A stretch of DNA of 53,420 bases from an uncultured Desulfohalobiaceae bacterium. Its GTDB lineage: Bacteria; Desulfobacterota; Desulfovibrionia; Desulfovibrionales; Desulfothermaceae. Within the stretch, counting starts at the first letter, position 1, and the number at the start of each line of letters is the position of its first letter. The stretch is from the NCBI GenBank assembly GCA_913055815.1, contig CAJXKR010000001.1, positions 1-53,420 on the forward strand, given 5' to 3'. The notes below the pieces were generated by a model. The model was given only the letters and a program-made list of their open reading frames with translations. It searched no databases and had not been told where the DNA came from. The position numbers were made by a program, and so were the translations under genes. Shown here piece by piece: positions 17,236 through 27,400 of the stretch.

Positions 17236-18156
17236 ATGAACAACACGGAACAAGACTTTCAGCAAGGCTTTGAGGACGGGTCCTTTTTTGCGGGATGGTT
17301 TAAGACTGCCAGTGACCTCATGCTATCTGCAAGTCAGTTTTGGTTTAGTGGTAGCGCTTCAGAATCAAGCTCATCAGAAAACATTGAAAATTTCAATATT
17401 CAAGAATTTTTTGCGAGTTTGGCTCAAGCCGGACAAACTGTATTTAATTCCTGGAAAGATAATGAGTCTGCACAGGAGGCCATAAATGATTTGAATAAGT
17501 TGTCCGAGGCTATATTAACTATGGCTCGCAGTGGTATGAATAATCATTTCAAGATGCAGCAGGATTTCTTGAATGGGTTGGGCAATGCCGGGGAGTCTTT
17601 TGAAAATTTTCATATTAATAACATCCCTGATAATCCGTTTAATGCTTTTTTGCAGGACTACGAAAAGTTCTTCAGCAAGTATTTGAATATGCCCAAACTA
17701 GGTCTTTTGCGCTATTACGAAGAAAAAAGGGACAAGGCAATTGATAAGTACAACTTGATGTTGGCTTCCGTGGGGGAATTTTTCTACCTGCTTTATATAC
17801 CTTTGGCCAAATCTATTACAGTTATGCAGAAACAATTTGATGAAATGAGCAAGAATGGTCAGTTATCAGATAATCCCAAGGATTATTACAAAAGATGGAT
17901 CAAGATACTGGAAGGTGACTATTTATCCTTGTTTCGTACCCAGGAGTTCTTGAATACAGCCCACAGGGCCCTTAATACATTCGAAGATTTCAATTTTGAA
18001 TTGCAGAACCTTTCCAATGATATATTACAGTATACTCCCTTGCCCAGCCAAAGGGAAATGGATGATCTGGCTCAGGAAAATTACAAGATGAAAAAGCAGA
18101 TGAGGGGCCTGATGAAAAGGATTGAAAATCTGGAATCAGAACAAGCAACTGCATAA
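17236..18156 (+). CDS. phaE: class III PHA synthase subunit PhaE
   Basis: 306 aa from ATG 17236 (AAGGAGAGG 5 nt upstream; the track ORF begins at 17161, overlapping HPr). Lies immediately upstream of a class III phaC. LNMPKLGLLRYYEEKRDKAIDKYN resembles the conserved PhaE core; C-terminal coiled-coil. Confidence 0.7.
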   Translation: MNNTEQDFQQGFEDGSFFAGWFKTASDLMLSASQFWFSGSASESSSSENIENFNIQEFFASLAQAGQTVFNSWKDNESAQEAINDLNKLSEAILTMARSGMNNHFKMQQDFLNGLGNAGESFENFHINNIPDNPFNAFLQDYEKFFSKYLNMPKLGLLRYYEEKRDKAIDKYNLMLASVGEFFYLLYIPLAKSITVMQKQFDEMSKNGQLSDNPKDYYKRWIKILEGDYLSLFRTQEFLNTAHRALNTFEDFNFELQNLSNDILQYTPLPSQREMDDLAQENYKMKKQMRGLMKRIENLESEQATA

Positions 18157-18206
18157 TTAATAATTCTTGTGCGTTTGCGAACATATATTTTCTATAAGGA
18201 GGAATC

Positions 18207-19403
18207 ATGACCCAAAACAATTCAAATCCTTTTCAGCTATGGATAAATAGCGTTATGGAAAACTTTGATAAAAGTCAAAACCAGTTCAAAAAGGCCCAAG
18301 AGGTGCTTAGCAGTCCTTTGGACACACAAATAGCAAACACCCCATATGATATTGTATATGAAGAGGACAGGGTTAGATTGAAACATTACAAGCCCAATAC
18401 AGAGAAAAAAGTCCAAACCCCCTTGTTGATTGTCTACGCCCTTATTAACAGGGAAACCATGCTGGATCTTCAACCCGGGAGAAGTGTTTTGGAGAACTTG
18501 TTGAATGAGGGTGTTGAAGTTTACATGATCGATTGGGGATATCCCACCAGGAAGGACCGTTTTTTGGATACAGACGACCATGTTAATGGTTATATCAATA
18601 ATGCGGTGGATCATGTTTTAAAGGAAAACAATGCTTCCCAGTTGAATTTAATGGGGATTTGTATGGGGGGAACCCTCACAACCATGTATGCCTCCCTGTA
18701 TCCGAAGAAGGTCAAAAACCTCATAACTACTGTGACACCTACCAATTTTGATACTGAGGAAGGACTCCTGCACGTTTGGGCAAAAGATTTTGATGTTGAC
18801 AGGATTGTAAGAAATCATGGGAATATGCCAGGTGACTTGTTGAATCTTACATTCCTTATAATCAATCCGGCACGCTTGATAATTGATAAGTATGTCAATT
18901 TCATGGAAAATGTGGAAAACAAAACCTTTGTGGAGAATTTCCTCAGGATGGAAAAATGGATATTTGACAGTCCCGATGTCCCAGGAGAGATCTTTAGAGA
19001 GTTTATTGACTGTATGTACAAGGAAAATCAACTTATTCAAAACAAATTTGAATTAAACGGACAGTTGGTGGATTTGAACAATATAACCATGCCACTTTTA
19101 AATATCTATGCCAATTACGATCACTTGGTACCTCCGGATGCAGCTAAGCATTTGCCTGAAGCAGTGGCTAGTAAGGATACTCAGAATTATTGCCTGGAAA
19201 CCGGTCATATAGGCATATACGTGAGTTCAAAGTCTCAAAAGGAGTTTGCCCCCAAGATAGTGGAGTGGTTAAAAGAGCGTGATCTTCCGGAAGAAAAAAA
19301 GAAAAAGGATGAATCCAGCTCCAAAAGCAGACAAAAAGGCACTAAAGCAAAGACATTGAATGAGAAATACAATAAACAAACACTTACGGCAAAGAGCAGA
19401 TAG
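18207..19403 (+). CDS. phaC: class III poly(R)-hydroxyalkanoate synthase PhaC, with Lys-rich C-terminal tail
   Basis: AAGGAGG 5 nt upstream. Lipase box GICMGGT (catalytic Cys) and TGHIGIYVSS (catalytic His context). ~355-aa core plus a ~45-aa tail EEKKKKDESSSKSRQKGTKAKTLNEKYNKQ. Confidence 0.9.
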   Translation: MTQNNSNPFQLWINSVMENFDKSQNQFKKAQEVLSSPLDTQIANTPYDIVYEEDRVRLKHYKPNTEKKVQTPLLIVYALINRETMLDLQPGRSVLENLLNEGVEVYMIDWGYPTRKDRFLDTDDHVNGYINNAVDHVLKENNASQLNLMGICMGGTLTTMYASLYPKKVKNLITTVTPTNFDTEEGLLHVWAKDFDVDRIVRNHGNMPGDLLNLTFLIINPARLIIDKYVNFMENVENKTFVENFLRMEKWIFDSPDVPGEIFREFIDCMYKENQLIQNKFELNGQLVDLNNITMPLLNIYANYDHLVPPDAAKHLPEAVASKDTQNYCLETGHIGIYVSSKSQKEFAPKIVEWLKERDLPEEKKKKDESSSKSRQKGTKAKTLNEKYNKQTLTAKSR

Positions 19404-19441
19404 CATACAATATTGGGAGTTAACCATAAATGCATTGCAAT

Positions 19442-19516
19442 AAAACATAAAAAATCAATGTTGTTTTTGTTAAAATGTTTATATATATCAAATAATTATA
19501 AAACATTTTATGTTTT
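19442..19516. promoter_or_regulatory. cluster of AAAACAT / ATGTTTT half-sites upstream of the phasin genes (candidate operator)
   Basis: AAAACAT (19442-48), ATGTTgTTTT (19458-67), AATGTTT (19474-80), and a perfect inverted repeat AAAACAT-TTT-ATGTTTT (19500-16), 40-110 nt upstream of a TTGACA box. Confidence 0.35.
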
Positions 19517-19554
19517 TTGATTTAAATTTTTATTTTGCGTTGCAAAATAAATCC

Positions 19555-19582
19555 TTGACATCAGGCAGGGAATTATTATTGT
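19555..19582 (+). promoter_or_regulatory. candidate sigma70-type promoter of the phasin pair
   Basis: TTGACA (19555-60), 16 nt, TATTGT (19577-82), ~85 nt upstream of ATG 19666. The -10 is weak. Confidence 0.35.
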
Positions 19583-19665
19583 ATATAAAAGCAAGCATAG
19601 GAAACGATAAGATATCAATTTTAACACATTTCAAATAAATTATTTTAACCAAGAAGGAGGTAAAT

Positions 19666-19920
19666 ATGTTGCAACAGGATTATTTAAAAAAAATGGTGAA
19701 TTTCAATAAGATGGTTTTTGACAATTCTTATAATGTTATGACCATGTTTCAGGATCAGGCCGAGAAAATGACAAATATGCTAATGGATCAAAATCCGCTT
19801 GGAAATGCTGATAACAAGAAGTTGGTCAATGATTGGTGTGAGACGTGTAAAAAAGGACAGGAAAATATCAAGAAGACTATTGATCAGGGGTTTCAAACCA
19901 TAGAAGGTTATTTTGTTTAA
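19666..19920 (+). CDS. phasin-like PHA granule-associated protein
   Basis: 84 aa with AAGGAGG upstream. Helical, with FNKMVFDNSYNVMTMFQDQAEKMTNMLMDQ...WCETCKKGQENIKKTIDQGF. Paralog of the next ORF and positioned after phaEC. Confidence 0.6.
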   Translation: MLQQDYLKKMVNFNKMVFDNSYNVMTMFQDQAEKMTNMLMDQNPLGNADNKKLVNDWCETCKKGQENIKKTIDQGFQTIEGYFV

Positions 19921-19947
19921 CAAAAAATACGATAGAGGTGATGAGTT

Positions 19948-20274
19948 ATGCAACAGGTAAATCAGATGGCCAAACAGATGTTGGATTTTCAAAAGAGCAC
20001 TTTTGAAAATACCTTTAACACAATCAATGTTTTTCAAGAGCAATCCGAGAGGATGTTTGACGCGTTCTTGGATCAACAAGGCAGCATGATGCCCCAGGAG
20101 AGCAAAAACGCAATTAAAGAGTGGTTGAATATGTGCAAAAAAGCGCGGGATGACTACAAAAAGATGGTTGATGACGGGTTTAAGAAAGTTGAATCCTATT
20201 TTAGCCAGGAAAGTGCTAGTACAAGTACTAAGTCAGAAAGCAGCAGCAAGGGTGAAAAAGCAAAGGCTTCATAA
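19948..20274 (+). CDS. phasin-like PHA granule-associated protein with Ser/Lys-rich tail
   Basis: 108 aa with GAGGTGA upstream. FQKSTFENTFNTINVFQEQSERMFDAFLDQ...WLNMCKKARDDYKKMVDDGF aligns with the previous ORF. Tail ESASTSTKSESSSKGEKAKAS. Confidence 0.6.
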   Translation: MQQVNQMAKQMLDFQKSTFENTFNTINVFQEQSERMFDAFLDQQGSMMPQESKNAIKEWLNMCKKARDDYKKMVDDGFKKVESYFSQESASTSTKSESSSKGEKAKAS

Positions 20275-20305
20275 AAAGTCTAAAAATTTTTTCCTGTAAG
20301 AGGTA

Positions 20306-20345
20306 TAAAAAAAGGGGAGCAATAGTAATTGTTCCCCTTTTTTTA
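20306..20345. terminator. bidirectional rho-independent terminator between phasin (+) and dodecin (-)
   Basis: AAAAAAA-GGGGAGCAAT-AGTA-ATTGTTCCCC-TTTTTTT: a 10-bp stem (one G-U pair) flanked by an A tract and a T tract. Confidence 0.85.
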
Positions 20346-20403
20346 TAACGAGGCAAGTTGCTACCTGATCTTTCCAAATTTGCTTTCAGGATTCTAGAGA
20401 TAC

Positions 20404-20613
20404 TTACTTTTCATACTTAAACGATACATTCAATCTGGTCCTGAAGTTCTTAATCTTACCTTCCTCTATTTTCATATCCATTTTGTTGACCTCTGCGATC
20501 CTCATCTCTTTTAGAGAACCGGATGCTGATTCAATCGCGTTTTTTGCAGCATCCTCCCATGATTTTTCACTTGTGCCGACCAATTCAATGATTTTGTAAG
20601 TACTTTCCGGCAT
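20404..20613 (-). CDS. dodecin-family flavin-binding protein
   Basis: 69 aa with GGAGG upstream. YKIIELVGTSEKSWEDAAKNAIESAS...IAEV...IEEGKI..FR..LNVSF is the typical dodecin pattern. Confidence 0.85.
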   Translation of the reverse strand: MPESTYKIIELVGTSEKSWEDAAKNAIESASGSLKEMRIAEVNKMDMKIEEGKIKNFRTRLNVSFKYEK

Positions 20614-21483
20614 AATACACCTCCCGAGTTTAAAAGTTGCAGATTACTTATATCCCTTAATAACCCAAACAGCGCAGTATAATAATTTGCTATACACATT
20701 TTGAAACAAAGTGTTGATTAAAAAACTATGTTTATGATTGACCATTACTTTGGAATACCTCGTGAATTTGGAGCAAGAAGTTGGTCGGGATTCGGATCAG
20801 AGAACTAGAAGCGAATAGGTGGAATCTGAGCTTGTTTGTTCTAGTAACGCGGTGTCTTAACAAGGAATACAACTGTACGAGGACATACTAATAGCTTATA
20901 TTATAATATTACCTTTTTTCAATATTAAATGCAATAGTCTTCAGGAGTAAATCCAGACCTCCTCTTTGCGGTTGTGTATCTATGTCATAGTCCCGTCCTG
21001 TTTTGGTTAGGATTATCTGACAGGGACGTGCAAATGGCAAAAGGATTTGATCGTTCTTCCTCATGGGGCTGCTAAATTGGTCTGCGGAACTTATTACAGT
21101 TCATACGTCGGTCCCCGAACTCAAAATACTCCCGGATCTTATTTTCATGTACGTCTCTGGAGCTGTAATACCTCTTGCAAGACTTGGACGGAGGAGATGC
21201 AAGCAGTCATGCCTTTGGCAAAACAATCCAATATAAAAATTACGACATTTGAAAAAATGTCCGGAAATAATATTTAGGCAATTGTTATTGCTGAAGTTCT
21301 TCGTTAGCACGGAAATTCCCGGAGTTCGGGTGTTGACAGCAAAAGAAATTAATGTGATTTATATTCAGGGTGGTATTTATGAAAGACTTACGCAAGAAGT
21401 AGGAAATACACTGTACAATTAGAAAAATTAACGAATAAAATATTGCTGTAATATATTCCTGAATAACCAGTATTGGGGGAGCT

Positions 21484-24400
21484 ATGAGTAAAGACAACTT
21501 GATCAACCAATTCATCCTGGAACCCTTGGAACCCAGGCTGCTTCTATCCGGTGATCCTGTAAGCGGTGCCCTGCAGGCGATCTCTCCTGATCAGGGAGAG
21601 GGCCAGATAGACAAGGCGATCGAGGAGGTGCTCCAGGAGGAGGATCGTAAGAAATCCACGAGTTCCCGGGGCGATGTTTCCAGGCAAACCGTGTACAGAG
21701 ATCTGGCCGGATTCCGGCAACAGCAGGACCGGAACTCAGGGCCCGGGCTGCAGTCCCGGATGCGGGATCTGGACATCTCTGACCAGGCCCAGGGGGATCA
21801 AGGGATCAAGAATCTATTCACCCCACAAGAGATAGACGTACTGGACAGGGGTAAACTGGAAGAGCTGGACCTGAACGCATTTATCCCGCAGTTGCGGGAT
21901 ATGTCAATAAAGTCCCCCCAGTCTCCAGATCAAATGCATGGCGAAGAACTGAAGCCAGATGAATTCTCCGGGGAAGCTGAGTTGCAGGGGAGATTGAGTT
22001 CGGATCTCCGGGTGCTGGACTCCGGGAAACTCTCGGGTACCGGCAAAATAAACGGCAACCTGGACAATCAGGGAGTGGTCTCCCCTGGACATTCCCCCGG
22101 CACGGTAAAGACGCAGTCTTTTACCCAGGGGGAGAAAGGGGATTTGGAGATCGAGATTGCAGGTACGGATCCGGAGCAGTACGACCAGATTCAGGTGTCT
22201 GACAGCGCAAGGCTGGGCGGTGATTTGAACGTCTCCCTCCTGGAAGGCTTCCAGCCTAGTCCCGGGGATACATTCGATATAATGACCTATGATCAGGTCG
22301 AGGGAAATTTTGACCAGGTGTCCGGGATGTTCGGATTTGGCCAGGGGGATCGCTATTTCGATTTGAACAAGGGCCCGGAGAGTCTGCAGCTAAAAGTCCG
22401 GGATATGCCAGGGGACCTGAGCTTGAACTGGGACCAGCAGTCCGGGGACAAGTCCGGGCATTCCCTGTGGGATATGGACCTGGGGACCTACCAAGATATG
22501 TTCGACCAGGACCTGAAATCCGGCAAATTGGACCTGTCCTCCAGTTCCCGGGGTATGACCTATTTGGCCGGAGACAATGGCCAGGTGCGGATAGGCAGCG
22601 GTGATTACAGCGTCTCCAGTGACGGCCCGGAATTCAGCAGCGGACCCGTGCTCAAGGCCATGAATTTCCAGAGTCTCTCTGGAGGCAGCGGTGCGGACCG
22701 GATGGTCCTTTCCGGGGACAGCGGCAAACACGCGGATATACGCGGCGGCGCCGGAACCGACGAACTCCAGGTGCTGGGCGGGGACAGTACCTGGGATATT
22801 ACCGGAAAAGGTTCCGGAAGCGTGGGAGATGTCCGGTTTGGCCAGATAGAGAATCTGACAGGCGGGGCAGACAATCGGGACACCTTTGTGGTGCATCCAG
22901 GCGGCAATCTGCAGGGAACAATCACTGCTGGAGAGGCTGGTTGGGACACCCTTAAGGTTCTGGGCAATTACCAGCAGAGGACTTATGAGTCTAATGGCCC
23001 GCAATCCGGCAGGGTGGTTCTGGATGGAAATAGTCTAAACTATAGGGGTTTGGAGCATAATACCAATGACAGTAATAGCAAAAATTTACATATCGAATTG
23101 AATAACAAGAAAAATACTGCCCTGTTCAAGCCAGGCAATGATAAGGGCTTTGTCCTGGAGCCAGTCAACGGTAGCTTTTCTAAGCACAGTCATGACATAC
23201 CTGAAAACTCTTTGACCATCAGTATGCAAGGTGGGGATGACACCCTCAACGTACAAAAGTTCACCGATTTTGCCGCAGATTTGAAGGCAGATGGTGGCAA
23301 GGGTTCAGATACGGTGAATTTTAAGAACAATCTATTTACCCATGGGAACGATCTAAGCGTAGATGCGGAAAATATTACGGTTGAACAAGGGGTAACCCTA
23401 TCCACCAGGGATATAAGCAGTAAAGAAGTGCAGGATCACAAGACCGGGGTTGAAAAAGGTCCTTCCGGGGATATTGCTTTTAGTGCCGGTATAAAGAACA
23501 ATACAGATAAAAAGCTTAGCACAGATATAAATATCAAACAGAATGTCCAGATTTTGACCCAGACCACGCCGCATTATTTTGATCCAGGTAAACTGCAAGA
23601 TGGCAGGATTGAGCTCAAGGGGAAGGATAATTTTTCCAACAATGAGCCGGTTATCTATGATAGCGGTACTGCAAAGGATTTGGAGTATAATCTTAACGGA
23701 AAAAGCCATCCCCTGATGAGTGATCGGGGGCTTTTATCCGGTGATCCCTACAGGATTAAAAAGGACAATTCTGCCTGGGCATTGGCAAATAGCAAGAGCG
23801 CGGGCAAGTTAAATATCCAGGCAGATGAACAGGCAAGTAGAAAGTTCAAGGCCAGCGACGTAGACGGAAATAAGATAGATTTTAAAAACCCCCATGAGCT
23901 CGGGACCGGTGATCCCCTGATCTTTTCAGTACCAGGTTCAGCAGGGAATACAACCAATCTTGCAAAGGATGAAGCCTATTATGCAGTAGTGGTTTCCTCC
24001 AAAAGCATACAACTGAGCAAGAGCAAGCCGGATGCCCTTGCTGGAAAAAATATTGTCGATCTTCAAGCAGGCTCTTCTGATACCCAGTACGAACTAAGCC
24101 GCGCCCAAAGCCTCAGTTATAGAGCGGGCAGTGTAAAAATGAGCTCACAAACCAAGGTAACTGACCTGACACAGGTCCTGCCAGAGAACTACCAGGAAAA
24201 GCACAGTTCCGTAACAGTAGGCAAAAAGGCGCTAATAAAGGCGGGAAACATCAATCTGAATTCCATGGCCAAGGATACGAATCCGATTAAGCAATTGAAA
24301 CAGACTTCCAAGTTTGAGCAGATATATAACGACATGATCCCTAAGGAGTTCTATGATCACATCAAGGACTTCTTGTCCCTGCCGGTTGGGGTCTTTGCGC

Positions 24401-27400
24401 GTAAATCCACAGCAGCCACCGAAATTCAATCAGATTCCAAGCTCATAGCGTCCGGCGATGTAGACCTGAGCTCCAAAAGCATAGCAGAGGTCAAGGCCAA
24501 GGCCTCGGGTAAAAATTTGTCCATAGGTGTAGGCCTGAGTGAAAGTACGGCTAATGTGGATATTAGCCAAGGGACGACTATACGCGCAGAGGACAATGCC
24601 ACCATTTTGTCCAAAAGCGATTCCCACGTGAGTGCAGAGGCCGCAACTGAGCAAGACAAGGACCCTGATTCCAATTTCCAAAGTAAGTACGGGATTAGTG
24701 GGGGATTTGCCTATAATCAAGTCAGCTCCAACTCCACGCTGGCGGAAGGTACTTCCGTGTGGGCGGGCAGAAAAGCCAATGTAATGTCCAAGGGTAACAA
24801 GAGTACCAAGAACAAGGCAAAAGGCGGAAATTATAAAGACGGCAAGTCCGATTTGGGCATAGCTGTCAGCTGGACAGATGCAGATGTGGAAAGCCAGGTG
24901 CACGGGGATATAACCAGTGAGGCTGAGAAGTACAATTCCAATACCCTGCCGGCATTTAAACCGGAACAAGCTATAAACGAACAAAAGGATACTATTAACC
25001 TGGGTTATAATCACGGTATCAGCACCGGGCATCCCATCACCTATTCCAACGGGCATATGGCGGTGACCTTAAAAGAGGCAAGTGTTGGGGAGCAGAAATT
25101 CGGATTTAAGCATGAACACAGCATCTCTTTGGAAGGTACAGGGGCCAGGCTGGAAAACGGCAAGACCTATCATGCCATTGCAAAGGACCCTTATAGTATC
25201 CGTTTGGCAGAGACGAGGAAAAAGGCCCTGGGTGGGGATCATTTGGATATTACCGGTCCGGGTGGGATTTATGAAGTGGATCTTAAAAAGGAAAATGTCA
25301 ACGTGCAGGACAACATGATCCATAAAAAGGCTCACGGTCTGGTGGACGGGCAGCCTGTGCAGGTTGAACTGGATCAAGGTAATTACTCGGATGTGGGTAT
25401 TGAAAAAGGCAAGACCTACTATGTGGGCACTAGTTTTGATGTGCAAAAGGGCCAGGCAACTGCAGGATATGATGATTTGCTTTTGTGTGAAACCCCTGAG
25501 GACGCTAATGCAGAAAAGGGTATCGATCTCAGTAAGGCATTTTCCGGTACCATCAAGGCCCTGCAGAATTTTCATACTGGCCTGACCCCTGGTGTGGGAG
25601 TATCGTCCAGTTTGGACTCAGAGGACAAGGTAAGCAGTTCAGCAGGTATAAAGGGGGCAGCCAAAGGGCAATCCAAGGTCGATTTGAGTGGCCAGGATGT
25701 TGGCTCCCAGATTCAAAGCGGAGTAGACAAGCTCTCCACATACTCTGAGGATACTTCAAATGTGGAGACCAAAACCGGAGGTGATCTTGGTGCTGCTGCA
25801 GCAATCAGTCTGGCCCTGGGTCCAGAGGATTCCAAGGTTAAAAACCACGCCCAGAGTGTTGTCAGCGGTGATATAAGTTCCTCCAAGGTTGCAGAAGTCA
25901 CTTCCCAGGTAAAGGAGACCTACACTGTAAAGGCCAAAGGTAGTGCCAAGAAAAGTACTGCAGGGGAGAAAAGCGGAAGTAGCTCTGCCTTGGCCGGGGG
26001 TATAGCCGTGGGAAGCTTTTCCAGTCAGGGGCAGACTACTATTAAGAAAGGGGCAAACCTTGATGCCTCGGAAGCCACCAATGTCACTTCCGAAGTGAGT
26101 TATCCCTGGAAAACCGCACCAGTGGAACTGGCAAAACACCTTTTGGGTGCCAACGGGAACCTGGAAGGCAAAAAACCCAAGAAAATCATGCACTTTTTGG
26201 ATGGTACCCTGGGGATCAAGAGCAATCTGTTCAATTCCTGGACCACCAGTACTGCTTCAAGTGATGATGCCATTTCCGGGACTTTTACCTATTTGAATTT
26301 TGATAACCGTGCAAAGACCACCCTGGAGCCGGGTGTGGATATAAATCAAGACCAAGCACGAAAGGGTGAGGAAAATCCCCAATTGGTGATCACTTCTTCG
26401 GAAGTCTTGGTGCAGCAGTTTAACATGAGCGGGATCTTTAAGTTCAATTTAAATAAGAAAGGTTTCAAGCACTTGAAAAATATCTTTGATCCTGCCCCGG
26501 TCAAGGCCAGCGGCGATGCTGCCGGGGTATCCTTTTTGCTCATGGATATGCATAACACCTCCAGTACGGTTATAAATGACAATTGTAATATCTACACCTC
26601 ACAGGAGAGCCCCTTTGTAGTCAGGGCAGAGACCAGGGTGCTCAATTTTGCCTTGGCCCAGTCTGGCTCTTCTGGCGGTAATTGGGGCGTGGGGGGCAGT
26701 ACACTAATCAACAACATCCAGAATTCTACCCAGGCCCTGATCAAACCGGGAGCCACTGTTAATAGCGGAGGCATAATGCTGAATGCCTATGATTCAACCC
26801 ACCAGATTACCTGGGCCGGGGGGATAGCTGCCGGTGGTTCCAAAGGAATAGGTGCCTCAGTGGGGGTAAACAATATTTCCAGGGAGACTGAGGCCCGTTT
26901 GGGGAAAAAATCCGGACAGGAGGATGCCCCAAAGGTCCGGGCCAATGCCGTAAAGCACGTGGCTGCAAAATCGACCGGTGCAGTGCACGCTTTTAGTGTT
27001 GCCGGGTCAGAGCAGTCCAAAAATTCTTTGAAAAATACTGATCAGGACTTTGGTATTGGGGCTTCTGGTGCGGTTAGTTTAAACCTCATGGACACCAAAA
27101 CCCAGGCAGCGATAAGGGGGTTGAGCCCACTCAAGCAAGGGGGAGATACCCAGGGTGCAGGGAGCGAGTCCTCGGGCAATATGCTGGTGCTCTCCTCTGA
27201 CCAGACCTCTATGTTTGCCCTGGCCGGGGCAGTGGCATTTGCCTTTCCCACCGAGTCCAAAACCTCCACCGGCTTGGCAGGGGCCTTTTCCATGAACAAG
27301 TTGAGTGGATACACCAGGTCCCGGGTAGAGGATACAGAACTGAAAAATAGAAAGCAAATTGGTGTCAGATCCAGGATAGGCGGCAAGATCCGGTCCATAA

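Noticed and set aside
20700-20900. tRNA or other small structured RNA gene in the long non-coding regions (also 7230..7720, 9153..9420, 16093..16466)
   Set aside because: I could find no cloverleaf-compatible arms and no GTTCRANYC T-loop box. Only isolated hairpins are present.
20930-21310. Possible decayed IS200/RAYT-like transposase or other pseudogene on the minus strand upstream of the giant gene
   Set aside because: Only a vague resemblance (GHFFKCR... / ...ARGITAPETY) to the GHLWQGRF...NPVRAGLV..PE.Y pattern. The spacing is off and the fragments lie in three frames. It cannot be supported without a BLASTX-type search, so it is kept only as a low-interest note.
21333-21365. TTGACA ... 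TATATT as the sigma70 promoter of the giant gene
   Set aside because: The spacing between the hexamers is 21 nt. At 17-nt spacing the -10 would be GATTTA, which is too poor to call.
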